Positions 32,301-42,015 are shown, counted from the stretch's first letter. The stretch is 64,000 bases of DNA from Limnochordia bacterium (GCA_050951545.1 JBMNJG010000011.1:1-64000), one strand, 5' to 3'. Notes: a model not told the origin generated them from the sequence alone. Program-made: numbers and translations.

Positions 32301-32424
32301 GTTCTCAGAACCACGAGGCGATCTCAGCCTAGAATATGACCTGGACAATGGATGGAAGCTCTCTGCTGGTGTGGGGGACGGAGGTGACGTGCGCTTGGGG
32401 GTTAAGGCGAAGAAGCGTTTCTGA
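29305..32424 (+). CDS. TamB/AsmA-like translocation and assembly module protein
   Basis: N-terminal anchor and ~1000 aa of Gly-rich beta repeats; TamB-like C-terminus (LTSEPPLPQQDIVALL..IGKAL..YLTYEQ); upstream of bamA. Confidence 0.8.
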   Translation: MRKWYRIIVALSSLLAISATAISVSLPQMAPLQHAKTVLVRELGVVLGVPCEVQAVEVTSTGSVRLSGVQLMLESAEAQAFVEVGDVSVDFSLWRLLRTHTVMQSIRAVRVHSPRVKLSGSGPDLLALMPEAQTGSDLGVSFPIRVSDLQVTWRHETWSERLLVLQAVSDGGLRVSLKQSVLTLAALPFPVQISGLGELVDASRLDKLALRVTTPVGRADLTGQGHSSDIAFGVKGSFAGDALMQTWPWWPLSGAGQFEGKIRANATEVVVTDGMAHQARSKVSYAVAGRYDRDSGHLDGQVQSAALPASEALAWARLAWPWEGQVAGRLHIHGPLRRLVYDIRVTGDEGRAWGQAFTDLLVDVRVADGVTTIEQGKMGVAGGQLAARGHVAGGAMDLVFEPQGILVSELPWDITQRVTPEAALEAEIRVHGPSLAPEISATFDVPLAAMRGTVQASYSCDAASRLTADVELQGSLSGVPYAARIVGRGWAQEWRLDDVQLAARGGSASLQGSVAPGKVRIEGQWSQLPMALLGVPDVSGGISGSVDLVANSGTAQGNLHWHASSLTVAGSRIVAASGTVGLRAGRLHVEDWHGTAAGRPVQVEGSLPLFPQVASFLGIRPEGSMDLRIAVPSGPLAPLLVWLPFFPAGQPWARLVHDVEAHGELRLHVTGTQAVPILDGEASIQKGKIALPQPWGSLDGIRANVLFKGSTLRFERVSAEGLGGRLSADGEIAWPNAGRSSVRGHITGDLRPKVPGLDVEGNIRLQLDGTLDDPGITGQIVLRKGTLDVGAFQVAAGPSQAALNPRLSVELMVNQLRVRAGSLLDVPVRGRLRATGRVLNPELSGQLVADRGRLNYLGTNFVVEEAGAEFSPSRGVLPRVSLWGTTWVGGTTVALQMSGLLPQLGARLTSEPPLPQQDIVALLEWPGQLARMNSGTMDLMEIMQRGIAMGLVGEVEDAVREGLGLDDFRLEPDLTQKRVRLSIGKALLPRIYLTYEQSLFSEPRGDLSLEYDLDNGWKLSAGVGDGGDVRLGVKAKKRF

Positions 32425-32552
32425 TAATCCATCCGGCGCCAGCCTTGCCGTAATCCGGGAATATGACCATGAAGTGCTGCAGCCATAGCAGCAGGTAAGG
32501 CCTCCTGTAAAGCAGAAGAGGCACATGCAGTTTCAAAGGGGGTTCGCATGCA

Positions 32553-34283
32553 ATGCACCATTCAAAGTATCGCCTTTTTCGGGTCGTTCTTGGTGTGCTT
32601 TTCATTCTCACACAGGCCTTGCAGCCAGCATTGGCGGCAGATGCCACCAATGCACCCAAGGCGATCCGCCAGCCTGCCGCAAAGACAGAAGAACCCATAG
32701 TGCGGGCTATAGCCGTAGAGGGGTTGCGCACTCTCTCGTCTGATGTGGTTCTCAAGGTGGTCAAGAAGACCGTTGTGGGCGAGCGGCTAGACCCCCAACG
32801 TGTGCAGGAAGACCTGCAGGCCATCATAGACACGGGCTTTTTCAGCAATGTAGAGGCAGCCTTGGCTCCTGCAGATGATGGCGTCAAGATCATCTTTCTT
32901 CCCACAGAGAACCCGCTCGTTCAGAGTATCAAGATCGAGACTGAGGTGCTCAAGCCGGAGTTGCTGCGCCCGTACTTTGCTCAAAAAGATGGCGAGGTGC
33001 TCAACTACCATCAGCTAGAGCGGGATCTTGATTCGCTTGAGGAGCGCGTGGCGGAAGCCCATGGTTACGTGGTGCAGCCTGTCAATGTGGCCATGTCACA
33101 GGCTGGCGAGCTTGGCATCTCTCTTTCGGCCGCCAGGCTGGGTGAAGTCACAGTCACGGGGAACACCAAGACTCGTGAGAAGGTGATCCGAAGAGAGCTC
33201 ACAGTCAAGCCTGGCGACTTCCTGAACATGTATCAGCTCGAAGGGGATCTACGCCGTGTGCTGCACCTTGGTTTCTTCGATGAGGTGCGTAGGTCGTTCA
33301 AGCCAGTTCCTGAGACCGACAAGTTCGATGTCGAGATTGAAGTGGTGGAGCGTTTGACGGGTTCGGCTGGTTTCGGTGCGGGGTACAGCACAGCAGACGG
33401 CCTTCTAGGCTATGTAGAGTACGCTGAAGAGAACTTCCTTGGTCGTGGCGAGCGCCTGAGCATCCGCTCCGAGTTTGCTCAGAGAAAGACTAGCTACGAT
33501 TTGGGGTTTTACGAGCCCTATCTGATGGGTTCGAGGACCTCATTCGGTGTCAATCTGTACAACAAGTCCTCAGATCTTGTTGAATACGAGAACGACGAGG
33601 AGCTTGGCTACCACGAACGCCGCGCTGGCGGGGATATTTCTCTCGGTCGGCCCATCGGTCCATACACTCGGGGGCTGATGACCCTCAAGATCGAAGACAG
33701 TGACATCACTCCTGACGTTGTCGGCAGCATAAAGGCCACGAGTAACAAGACGCGCAGTCTGACGCTGCAGTCGCGCACAGATACGACAGATCATCCTTTC
33801 TATCCGTTGTCGGGTATGCGGGCGAACCTCAGCGTGGAGTCAGCAGGCCACTTCCTTGGTGGCGATACTCAGTTCACCAAGTGGGTGGGCGAGACTAGCC
33901 GCTACTTTAAGGTGGGTCGAGCAGATCAGGTGTTGGCGCTGCGTCTCGTGGGGGGATTGGCCAGCGGCAATCTTCCGTTGCAGGACGAGTTCCGTGTGGG
34001 TGGCGCTGAGACCTTGCGAGGCTACAAGTACAGCGAGCTACGTGGTGATCGCATGGCCTATGCCAATGCCGAGTATCGCTTCAAGATAGCGAAGATGCTG
34101 CAAGGAGCGTTCTTTGTGGACGCTGGGCAGGCCTGGAGAAACGCGCAAGGACAACCCGATCGTCTCAAGGTTGGCTACGGGGCTGGGCTTCGTCTGGATA
34201 CGCCCTTGGGCATCATGCGTTTTGACTACGGCATTGGTGAAAGAGGCGGCGGCGTGTTCTTTAGCATCGGTCCATCATTCTAG
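32553..34283 (+). CDS. bamA: Omp85/BamA outer-membrane protein assembly factor
   Basis: POTRA repeats (GNTKTREKVIRREL), ENFLGRG, GGAETLRGY (VRGF-like loop), TPLGIMRFDYG and a terminal Phe. Confidence 0.92.
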   Translation: MHHSKYRLFRVVLGVLFILTQALQPALAADATNAPKAIRQPAAKTEEPIVRAIAVEGLRTLSSDVVLKVVKKTVVGERLDPQRVQEDLQAIIDTGFFSNVEAALAPADDGVKIIFLPTENPLVQSIKIETEVLKPELLRPYFAQKDGEVLNYHQLERDLDSLEERVAEAHGYVVQPVNVAMSQAGELGISLSAARLGEVTVTGNTKTREKVIRRELTVKPGDFLNMYQLEGDLRRVLHLGFFDEVRRSFKPVPETDKFDVEIEVVERLTGSAGFGAGYSTADGLLGYVEYAEENFLGRGERLSIRSEFAQRKTSYDLGFYEPYLMGSRTSFGVNLYNKSSDLVEYENDEELGYHERRAGGDISLGRPIGPYTRGLMTLKIEDSDITPDVVGSIKATSNKTRSLTLQSRTDTTDHPFYPLSGMRANLSVESAGHFLGGDTQFTKWVGETSRYFKVGRADQVLALRLVGGLASGNLPLQDEFRVGGAETLRGYKYSELRGDRMAYANAEYRFKIAKMLQGAFFVDAGQAWRNAQGQPDRLKVGYGAGLRLDTPLGIMRFDYGIGERGGGVFFSIGPSF

Positions 34284-34392
34284 CACTTGCCAGTGGATGG
34301 GCGCCCGAAACCACGCACGCGTCACGAGCAGCGTGAATGAAGGGCGCCTATGCGGATGATGCAGCGTATATGGTTCTTGGGAGGCATTCATT

Positions 34393-34827
34393 GTGGAAAA
34401 GAAGGGCAGAGTGGTTCTTACAGCATTCTTATTGCTGGTCACAGTGGTCAGTGTTCGTTGGGGGATATCCCGGGCGGCTGTGAAGGATGAATTTGGTCTT
34501 GTCGATATGCAGGTAGTCGCACAACGCTACATGCAGCCTGCGCTTGAGAAAGACCTCGAGCCGGAACTGCAGAAGCTTCAGAAAGAGTTCGATGCCAAGG
34601 CCAAGAATGCAAGTGACCAGGCCAAGGCTGAGCTTTTTACCACGTATCAGGGACGTCTAAACGCCAAGGAAGAGGAGATGCTAGAGAGTCTGCTGGCCAA
34701 GGTCTCTGCCGCGGCAAGTCAGGTGATGAAAGAGCGCGGGATGACCATCGTTTGCGATAAGGCAGCGGTAGTGGCTGGAGGTACTGACATCACTAGCCAG
34801 GTGCTGGCCAAACTGAAAGTGAAATGA
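34393..34827 (+). CDS. ompH: OmpH/Skp periplasmic chaperone
   Basis: Signal peptide, GLVDMQ, coiled-coil and GGTDITSQVL; lies between bamA and lpxD. Confidence 0.88.
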   Translation: MEKKGRVVLTAFLLLVTVVSVRWGISRAAVKDEFGLVDMQVVAQRYMQPALEKDLEPELQKLQKEFDAKAKNASDQAKAELFTTYQGRLNAKEEEMLESLLAKVSAAASQVMKERGMTIVCDKAAVVAGGTDITSQVLAKLKVK

Positions 34828-34860
34828 TGGGCATTGCCGCATGTGAAGAGGTGCAGTGAC

Positions 34861-35970
34861 GTGTACCGGTTAAGTGAATTGGCGCGTCTAGTGCAAGGTG
34901 ACTTGTCGGGTCGGGCCCCAACTAAGGCCATAGAGGAGACAGAGATCACAGGAGCTGCCTCCTTGGAGGATGCCGGCCCGACAGAGATCACCTTCGCTGC
35001 GGAAAAGAGAATGGTAGAACTGGCTCAGGCGACGCGCGCTGCGGCCGTTATCGTGACGCCGGATTTCCCGGAGCTCGACAAGCCAGTGATTCGGGTGATG
35101 CATGCTCGTCTGGCGTGGGCAAAGGTACTCGAGGTGTTTGCTCCCATTGCGGATGTTCCCCTTGGCGTACATGAAAGTGCCAACGTTGGCGAGGCCGTTG
35201 TGCTGGGAAAGGATGTCTCAATACAGGCACACGTTGTCGTGGGAGCTCGTACGCGTCTGGGCGAGGGAGTGGTTCTTTGCCCAGGCGTCTACATAGGCGA
35301 GGATGTCTCAATCGGCAGCGGTACCGTGGTCTATCCCAACGCAGTGATCCTCGATCGGGTCAAGGTAGGCAAGAACTGTCTTATTCATGCAGGAGCAGTG
35401 CTGGGTGCTGATGGTTTTGGTTTCGTAAGCACGTCAAGTGGCCATCGCAAGGTGCAGCACATCGGTAGTGTTGTCGTGGAGGATGAAGTAGAGATCGGGG
35501 CCAATAGCACAGTCGATCGGGCCACAACTGGAGTGACTACTGTAGGCCGAGGAACAAAGATCGACAATCTCGTGCAGTTGGGGCACAACGTGCAGATTGG
35601 ATCCGAATGCCTCATCGTGGCTCTGAGCGGCGTGGCAGGCAGTGCTGTAGTCGAACGCAGAGTAACCTTGGCCGGGCAGAGCGGAGTGGCTGGACACCTC
35701 CGCGTAGGTGAGGGCAGCACAGTGGCCTCTCGCGGTCTTGTCGCTAAGGATACACCGCCGGGCTCTTTTGTTTCCGGGTTTCCGGCTCGTCCACATGCGG
35801 AGAATATGCGCATGCTGGCGGCACAACAACGCCTACCTGCCTTGCTTAAGGATTTCGACCAGTTGCGGCGTCGGGTGGCTCGTCTGGAAGAGGAGAAAGA
35901 AGAGACTGTGGCGCTGCTGTACGAGCTGGAGGCGGAGCTTGAGAAACTGCGAGAGGGGGGGCCTGTGTGA
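34861..35970 (+). CDS. lpxD: UDP-3-O-acylglucosamine N-acyltransferase
   Basis: Hexapeptide repeats; GADGFGF, EIGANSTVDR and KIDNLVQLGHN motifs. Confidence 0.95.
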   Translation: MYRLSELARLVQGDLSGRAPTKAIEETEITGAASLEDAGPTEITFAAEKRMVELAQATRAAAVIVTPDFPELDKPVIRVMHARLAWAKVLEVFAPIADVPLGVHESANVGEAVVLGKDVSIQAHVVVGARTRLGEGVVLCPGVYIGEDVSIGSGTVVYPNAVILDRVKVGKNCLIHAGAVLGADGFGFVSTSSGHRKVQHIGSVVVEDEVEIGANSTVDRATTGVTTVGRGTKIDNLVQLGHNVQIGSECLIVALSGVAGSAVVERRVTLAGQSGVAGHLRVGEGSTVASRGLVAKDTPPGSFVSGFPARPHAENMRMLAAQQRLPALLKDFDQLRRRVARLEEEKEETVALLYELEAELEKLREGGPV

Positions 35971-37886
35971 GCCTGGTACGGCTCACCGGAGTAGAGCGTT
36001 ATTTTGGTGGTCAGCGACTCTTCGGTCCGGCGAACTCTGTGATGCACGCAGGGGACAAGATCGGACTGATCGGGCGTAACGGTGTGGGCAAGACCACTCT
36101 GCTGAGACTCATTGCTGGCTTGGATCATCCTGATGAAGGCGAGGTGCTGGTTGCAGCTCGGGCCAAGGTGGGTTTCTTGTCCCAAGGCGTGGCGCTTGAT
36201 TTTCGCGGTGCCCTGTGGGAGTACGCGCTGCAAGCCAGAAGCGACGCTCTGCATATGGCTGAGCGTTTGCGGCAGCTGGAGGCGGCAATGGCTGATCCGG
36301 TCGTGCACTCGGATGAGGCAAGGCTTGCTCACGTTCTGGATGAATACGCTCGGGTTCGAGGCTGCTATGAGCAAGCCGACGGTTACAGCAGTGAAGCCGC
36401 GATCCGTGCCGCGCTCTTTGGGGTTGGTTTCTGCGAGGCTGATCTTACACTACCTGTATCGGCCCTGAGCGGAGGCCAGAAAGCGCGGGCAGCATTGGCC
36501 CGTTTGCTCTGCAGCTCGCCGGATCTGTTGCTCCTTGATGAGCCTACAAATCATCTCGACATGGCGGCGACTGAATGGCTGGAGAACTATCTGAAGGAGT
36601 ACAGGGGTTCGCTGATCGTAGTCTCGCATGACAGGTCCTTTCTGGATGCAGCGGTCAACCACATATGGGAACTTGAAGAGAACCAGCTCCATACCTATCG
36701 AGGCAACTACTCATCGTCCAGAGTGGTGCGTGAGGAAAGACGAGTGCGAGCTGCCAAGGAGTATCTGTCGCAGCAAGAACAGATCACTGAGCTCGAGGCG
36801 TACGTCCGCCGCTACAAGGCGGGTAATCGGGCCACCATGGCTAGAAGTCGCGAGCGCGCTCTGGCGCGTCTCACGCCTGTCGACAAGCCGATGAATGAGG
36901 CGGGACCGATGCGCCTGCGTCTAGCGGCAGGTCCTCGCTCAGGGCGAGAGGTCGTCTGGCTAGACGGAATATCCAAGGTCTACGGTAACAAGCCAGTGCT
37001 CGATATCGATCACCTTCGTGTGTCTCGCGGCGAGCGCATAGGTGTCATTGGGCCCAACGGCTCGGGCAAGAGCACATTGGTCAAGATCATCGCCGGATTG
37101 CTAGCGCCTTCTGCAGGGAAAGTGGGCTATGGCAAGGACGTGGTGATCGCCTATTTCAGTCAGGAACTGCTTGATCTGAACGCTGACCTGACAGTGATCG
37201 AGGAGCTCCTTCAGGTCCGCGACATGAGTTTCTTCGAGCTCCGGAGTCACTTGGCTCTCTTTCTGTTCCAAGGGGATGACGTATACAAGAAGGTGGGTGT
37301 GCTGAGCGGGGGCGAGCGCAACCGGCTGACACTGGCGAAACTGGTCTTGTGTGAAGCGAACCTCCTGTTGCTAGATGAACCCACCAATCATCTCGATATC
37401 CCCAGCCAGGAGGCTGTTGAGGCAGCGCTACAGGAGTACGAAGGCACGCTGATTTTCGTATCACATGACCGGTTTTTCTTGAGTCGGTTGGCCCAACGCA
37501 TCTGGTCTCTTTCGGACACCGAACTCCAGGATTTCGCCGGAGGCTACCAGGAGTTTCGCATGTCGCAACAGGCATTGTCGCCAGAGCCAGACCCGCAGAG
37601 AGTGAGAGTGAAGCGGTCAGATTCTGATGCAGAGGAGCTTGCGCGGCGCCGGGCATTGCATAGGGCACAGGCTGAGCTCGAGGAGTTGGAGCAAGCAATT
37701 GCTGTGGCTGAGGAGCAGAAGCATTCCCTAGAGGCCGTCCTTGCCGATACCACTGTGTATGCGGATGCCGAGCGGGCTAAGCAGACAGCTCAGGCACATC
37801 GAGAGATTGTAGCCAAGCTTGAAGCTTTGTATGGGCAATGGGAACAGCAGGCGAGTGTCGTAGATGACAGCATCATGGGCTGCTAG
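35967..37886 (+). CDS. ABC-F family ATPase
   Basis: Two NBDs (GRNGVGKT/LSGGQ and GPNGSGKS/LSGGE), LLDEPTNHLD twice, no TM segment, C-terminal coiled-coil. Confidence 0.94.
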   Translation: MSLVRLTGVERYFGGQRLFGPANSVMHAGDKIGLIGRNGVGKTTLLRLIAGLDHPDEGEVLVAARAKVGFLSQGVALDFRGALWEYALQARSDALHMAERLRQLEAAMADPVVHSDEARLAHVLDEYARVRGCYEQADGYSSEAAIRAALFGVGFCEADLTLPVSALSGGQKARAALARLLCSSPDLLLLDEPTNHLDMAATEWLENYLKEYRGSLIVVSHDRSFLDAAVNHIWELEENQLHTYRGNYSSSRVVREERRVRAAKEYLSQQEQITELEAYVRRYKAGNRATMARSRERALARLTPVDKPMNEAGPMRLRLAAGPRSGREVVWLDGISKVYGNKPVLDIDHLRVSRGERIGVIGPNGSGKSTLVKIIAGLLAPSAGKVGYGKDVVIAYFSQELLDLNADLTVIEELLQVRDMSFFELRSHLALFLFQGDDVYKKVGVLSGGERNRLTLAKLVLCEANLLLLDEPTNHLDIPSQEAVEAALQEYEGTLIFVSHDRFFLSRLAQRIWSLSDTELQDFAGGYQEFRMSQQALSPEPDPQRVRVKRSDSDAEELARRRALHRAQAELEELEQAIAVAEEQKHSLEAVLADTTVYADAERAKQTAQAHREIVAKLEALYGQWEQQASVVDDSIMGC

Positions 37887-37906
37887 CAGGGAAAGAGGCA
37901 GGCAAT

Positions 37907-38989
37907 ATGCGTGTGCTTGATCGTTACACCTTCAGGGAATTCAGCGCGCCGTTTGTCGCCTGCGTGGCTGGTTTCACCGTGATGCTCTTGTCGGGTATTG
38001 TCTTTGAGTTGGCCGACCTCATTGTCAGCAAGAGAATGCCAGTCTGGATCGTGCTCCGCCTTCTTCTGTACAAAGTGCCGAGCGTCATGGTGATTACCCT
38101 TCCCGCAGGAGCCTTGTTTGCCACGCTCTTGAGTCTGGGCCGCTTTGCCAAAGACAGTGAGCTTACAGTCATGCGAGTCACTGGCTGCTCGTTTCGCCGT
38201 CTGGCCTTGCCCGTGTTCGCGGCAGCAGCCATGGTCAGTGTAATGACCTTTGCTCTAAATGAGTCTGTAGTCCCTGCGGCGAATCACCAGGCAGAGAATC
38301 TCTATCGCAAGGCGATTCTGCGTGACGCTCTAACTCAAGTGCAAGCGAATGTGTTCATGCGGGGACCGGAAGGTCGCACGTTTTTCGTGGGTGAGGTGGA
38401 CCGTAAGACGCGTCGCCTCCGGTCAATCATGATCTTTGAGCCACTGCGGGGTGCTGACTCGCCTTTTCCTGCGGTGATCACTGCTCGGGAGGGGTCGTAC
38501 ACGGAGGAGACCTGGCATCTGCTCGCTGGAGTACGCCGTGTGCTTGATGAAGATGGCTATGTACTTCAAGAGACGGGCTTTGATAGGCTGGATATTCCTG
38601 TGCAAGACAGCGAGAAGTTGTTTGGAGAGCAGAAGACGACCGATGAGATGACCCGACGTGAGCTAGGTGATCACGTTCGCCTATTCCAGAAAAGTGGCAT
38701 TGACGTTCAGCGGTTTGTGGTCGATTACCATCTGAAACTCGCCTTGCCTCTGGCTGCAGTGATCTGGGTCTTGGTGGCAGCACCCATGGCTGTAGCTTCT
38801 GCGCGAGGGGGCCGCTTCTATGGTGTGGTGGTCAGCATTGTTGTGGCGTTTGGCTACTACGTGGCAGTGGGCATCTTCCGTTCGCTTGGGGGCAATGGCG
38901 CCATCCCACCAGTGTTGGCCGCATGGAGCCCCAACGTGCTTTTTTCTCTAATGGGCCTAGCCCTTCTCATCTGTGTGGAACGCGTTTGA
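37907..38989 (+). CDS. LptF/LptG family LPS export permease
   Basis: RVLDRY, DSELTVMR, NESVVP and LAAWSPNV; 3 TM + jellyroll + 3 TM architecture. Confidence 0.92.
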   Translation: MRVLDRYTFREFSAPFVACVAGFTVMLLSGIVFELADLIVSKRMPVWIVLRLLLYKVPSVMVITLPAGALFATLLSLGRFAKDSELTVMRVTGCSFRRLALPVFAAAAMVSVMTFALNESVVPAANHQAENLYRKAILRDALTQVQANVFMRGPEGRTFFVGEVDRKTRRLRSIMIFEPLRGADSPFPAVITAREGSYTEETWHLLAGVRRVLDEDGYVLQETGFDRLDIPVQDSEKLFGEQKTTDEMTRRELGDHVRLFQKSGIDVQRFVVDYHLKLALPLAAVIWVLVAAPMAVASARGGRFYGVVVSIVVAFGYYVAVGIFRSLGGNGAIPPVLAAWSPNVLFSLMGLALLICVERV

Positions 38990-39054
38990 CAGATCTTGAG
39001 ACAAGGCGACCGCGATTCTTTATGGAATTTCTCGCTGGGAGGGGGCGGCAACGC

Positions 39055-41241
39055 ATGTTGGTCGACGCACGCATGCTGGCAGTGTTCAGCATCATAGCCC
39101 TCTTGGTGGTGCCGAGCTTCGCTGCTACTGTGCAGATCACTGGCGAGGAGTTCGCTGTAGTAGATATTGCATCCGGTCAGTTTACCTTCAACGGGCCAGT
39201 GACGGTCACAGATGGCGCGACAACGATCAAAGGCACTCAGCTGGTGTACCAGAGCAAAGAGGAGATCGTACAGTTTATTGGAGAGGTCACCATTGAGCAG
39301 GACGGAACCTCTATTCAAGGGAAAGATCTCGTCTATGATGCTAGCAAGGGTGAAGGTATGCTCGCAGAGGCCCTGGCGTCGACCGTCCCAGCGGGGGCGG
39401 TATCTCCGGTCTATGTCTCTGGCACACAGGTGACTGCTTGTCGCAGCCTAACCGTAATCGACGATGCTTCACTTACCACGTGCGATCCTGATCAGCCGGG
39501 GTACTTCTTGGCGAGCAAGCGCATCGAGATCCGACCTGGCGATCGCTTGGTTCTCCACAATGTGCGTTTTGTAGAGAGTGGTATGACCCTTTTTTACTGG
39601 CCTCGGGTGACCTTCTCTTTGAAACGAGCCGATCCCGACACCGCTTCTGAAGACGTGGCGTTGCCTCGCATAGGGTACTCGGCCGCCGAAGGCTGGTTCG
39701 TGAAGTCGTCTTTCGGCTATCGTGGACCGGCGGCCCAGCGGGGGCGTCTGTTGATTGATTACATGCAGCTTTTGGGCTGGGGGTTTGGCATCGACCATAC
39801 CCTTCGTGCCGACGGCGCGGGTAGTGAGGGAATCTACCTTTATGCACAACCAAACGTAAATACGGGGCACACGGATCTGCAGCTAAGCTTACATGGCGAG
39901 CGTGTACTGCCGGGTGACCTCGAGGTGTCGGCGAGTAGTACGATCTCCTCTGAGTACGATGAAGGGGAGGAACTGTGGCGTCATCATGAGCTCAGTCTAG
40001 CACAGCGACGTTCGGGAGGTAGCAGTCTGCTGCGCTATAGCGACAAAAGAGTGACGGGCGCCAAGGTGGGGCACGAGACGTATGCCACTCTGTCGCACAC
40101 CCAAAGGAGTGCGGGCGGATGGCGCTTCAGAGTCAATGCCAACGCTGATGTGCGAGATATGCCCGGCCTCGCGCACCGCAACTTGGTGGGCTATTTGGCG
40201 GACCTGGGACGCGAAACACCAAACTGGGGCTTTGACCTAACCGCAGAGGACCGCTTCAACCCTGAACTGGCCAAGGATGTCCCTTCGGATATTACCTGGA
40301 GCAGGGCGCAGCGTCTACCTGAGCTTCGTGTACGGATCAACCGTCTCTATCTTGCTGGCCGTGAGAGTCCATTCGCCGCAGACCTGGCATGGGGCAACCT
40401 CACTGAGGATCGGTTGTCGTTGCCGGCTCATGTGCGTACGAGCACTGACAGGCTGCATGTGACGCTCAAGATGAAGCCCTCTCAGCTAAGTCTCGGATCC
40501 TGGGGACGTTGGCGTTGGGGAGGTTCACTAACTAGGCGTGTGTATGGCACAGGAGAGAGGCAGTGGGTGGCTGCCGCTCAAAGTGATTACCGCTTGCCCA
40601 TCTCTTCGAAACTTGCGCTAAGCGCGGATTACCGCTATGAGCAGGGGTTAGGTGACCTCTCGCCCTTTCGATTCGATAGGGTGATCGACGAGGAGACACT
40701 CACTGCAGCCCTGAAGTATGATGCGAAGAACGCGGGGTGGCTACTCTCCGGGGGCTATGATCTGCTTAACGAGGTTCCTACCGATGTTGTGGGCAGTCTC
40801 CGTCTACAGCTGTCTTCGGCACTCAAGATGCAGGTGCAGGCTGCATATAGTGTGGTGGACTCGGATTGGATCTACACGATAGGTACGGTGCAGTACGTGC
40901 CTGACGAAGCCTTTACTCTACAGCTGGGCTCGAAATACAACATGCAGTCGAGGCGGTCTGAACGTGTGGATGCGGTTTTTCGCTGGGACCTGCAGAGCTG
41001 GAAGGTGGCCTATACTGGCATCTATGACGGGATCAAGAACGTGTTCGACCTTGGCGATTTCACGATCACGAGGGATCTTGGTTGTCGGGCGATCGATCTG
41101 CGCTACAACCAGAACCGCAAGGAGGTTTGGTTAGAGTATAGAATTCCAGCATTCCCGGCAGCAAGTGTAAAAGTAGGGGCCACAGAGAAACACTTGATGT
41201 TCGATGCCAAAGGCTGGGAGGAGGTCTTGGCAACCGAGTGA
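39055..41241 (+). CDS. LptD-like LPS assembly outer-membrane protein
   Basis: Signal peptide, OstA-like beta-jellyroll (..LTTCD..Y..), PRIGYS..GWF, a long amphipathic beta region and RDLGC near the C-terminus. Confidence 0.75.
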   Translation: MLVDARMLAVFSIIALLVVPSFAATVQITGEEFAVVDIASGQFTFNGPVTVTDGATTIKGTQLVYQSKEEIVQFIGEVTIEQDGTSIQGKDLVYDASKGEGMLAEALASTVPAGAVSPVYVSGTQVTACRSLTVIDDASLTTCDPDQPGYFLASKRIEIRPGDRLVLHNVRFVESGMTLFYWPRVTFSLKRADPDTASEDVALPRIGYSAAEGWFVKSSFGYRGPAAQRGRLLIDYMQLLGWGFGIDHTLRADGAGSEGIYLYAQPNVNTGHTDLQLSLHGERVLPGDLEVSASSTISSEYDEGEELWRHHELSLAQRRSGGSSLLRYSDKRVTGAKVGHETYATLSHTQRSAGGWRFRVNANADVRDMPGLAHRNLVGYLADLGRETPNWGFDLTAEDRFNPELAKDVPSDITWSRAQRLPELRVRINRLYLAGRESPFAADLAWGNLTEDRLSLPAHVRTSTDRLHVTLKMKPSQLSLGSWGRWRWGGSLTRRVYGTGERQWVAAAQSDYRLPISSKLALSADYRYEQGLGDLSPFRFDRVIDEETLTAALKYDAKNAGWLLSGGYDLLNEVPTDVVGSLRLQLSSALKMQVQAAYSVVDSDWIYTIGTVQYVPDEAFTLQLGSKYNMQSRRSERVDAVFRWDLQSWKVAYTGIYDGIKNVFDLGDFTITRDLGCRAIDLRYNQNRKEVWLEYRIPAFPAASVKVGATEKHLMFDAKGWEEVLATE

Positions 41242-41271
41242 GTGTTTCGAGGAGACGGGGAGGTGTCTTTT

Positions 41272-41925
41272 GTGCGGCGCGAGCATCGGAATCGGTGGAT
41301 CATGGCGGGTGTTCTCGTTCTTGTGGGGCTTTGCGCGGGCTCTGCGCTGCTACTGCTACGGGATGAAGCGATTCCGGTGACAGATACCAAGCTGACGCAA
41401 ACCACGGAGTTCTCTCGGCCTCGTTTGGTGGGATGGTCTAAGGGTCAACGTCAGTGGTCCCTGGAAGCCAGAACCATGAATGATGCGGGCAATGTAGTGA
41501 CATTAGAGAAGATCGAACATGGTGTTATTTACCGTAATGAGCGAGAGTTTCTCACTTTCAACGCTGGAAAGGCTGTATGGCAGAAGAAGGTGGGCAGTCG
41601 AGATAGCAGCGACCTGTCACTTTCCGAGGGGGTCACTGTTTTGCAGAACGGACAGCCAGTCATGGAGACTGCCAAACTGGAATGGAAAGAGGCCACCAGC
41701 TTGCTTATCGCTCCTGAAACCGTCTACTTCACATACGATGGCAGTAAGGCTCGGGCTTCGCGTCTGACTCTCAACTCGGTAACCGAAGACGTCATCTTGG
41801 AGGGTGATATCGATCTTGCCCTGCAAGATGGGACGCTCATTGCGGTACAGGGTAGGCTCGTCTACAACATGAAAACAGGATCCTTCCGCATAGAAGGGAT
41901 GCAACAGTTCGACATCAGCACTTAG
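41272..41925 (+). CDS. LptC-like periplasmic LPS export protein
   Basis: Single N-terminal TM, G.RQWSLEA, and METAKLEW beta-jellyroll pattern. Confidence 0.72.
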   Translation: MRREHRNRWIMAGVLVLVGLCAGSALLLLRDEAIPVTDTKLTQTTEFSRPRLVGWSKGQRQWSLEARTMNDAGNVVTLEKIEHGVIYRNEREFLTFNAGKAVWQKKVGSRDSSDLSLSEGVTVLQNGQPVMETAKLEWKEATSLLIAPETVYFTYDGSKARASRLTLNSVTEDVILEGDIDLALQDGTLIAVQGRLVYNMKTGSFRIEGMQQFDIST

Positions 41926-42015
41926 ATGGCAGTAGCTTCCTTTGTGTGAAGATAGTGCTGGGCAGCCCGACAGCCTTCGCATGGTATAATGCGAGCTGGA
42001 CGGGGGTGTAGGGCT

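Noticed and set aside
35385-36374. 329-aa antisense ORF and the many similar shadow ORFs throughout 4-61 kb
   Set aside because: They lie antisense or out of frame to well-supported genes in GC-rich DNA and show no motifs.
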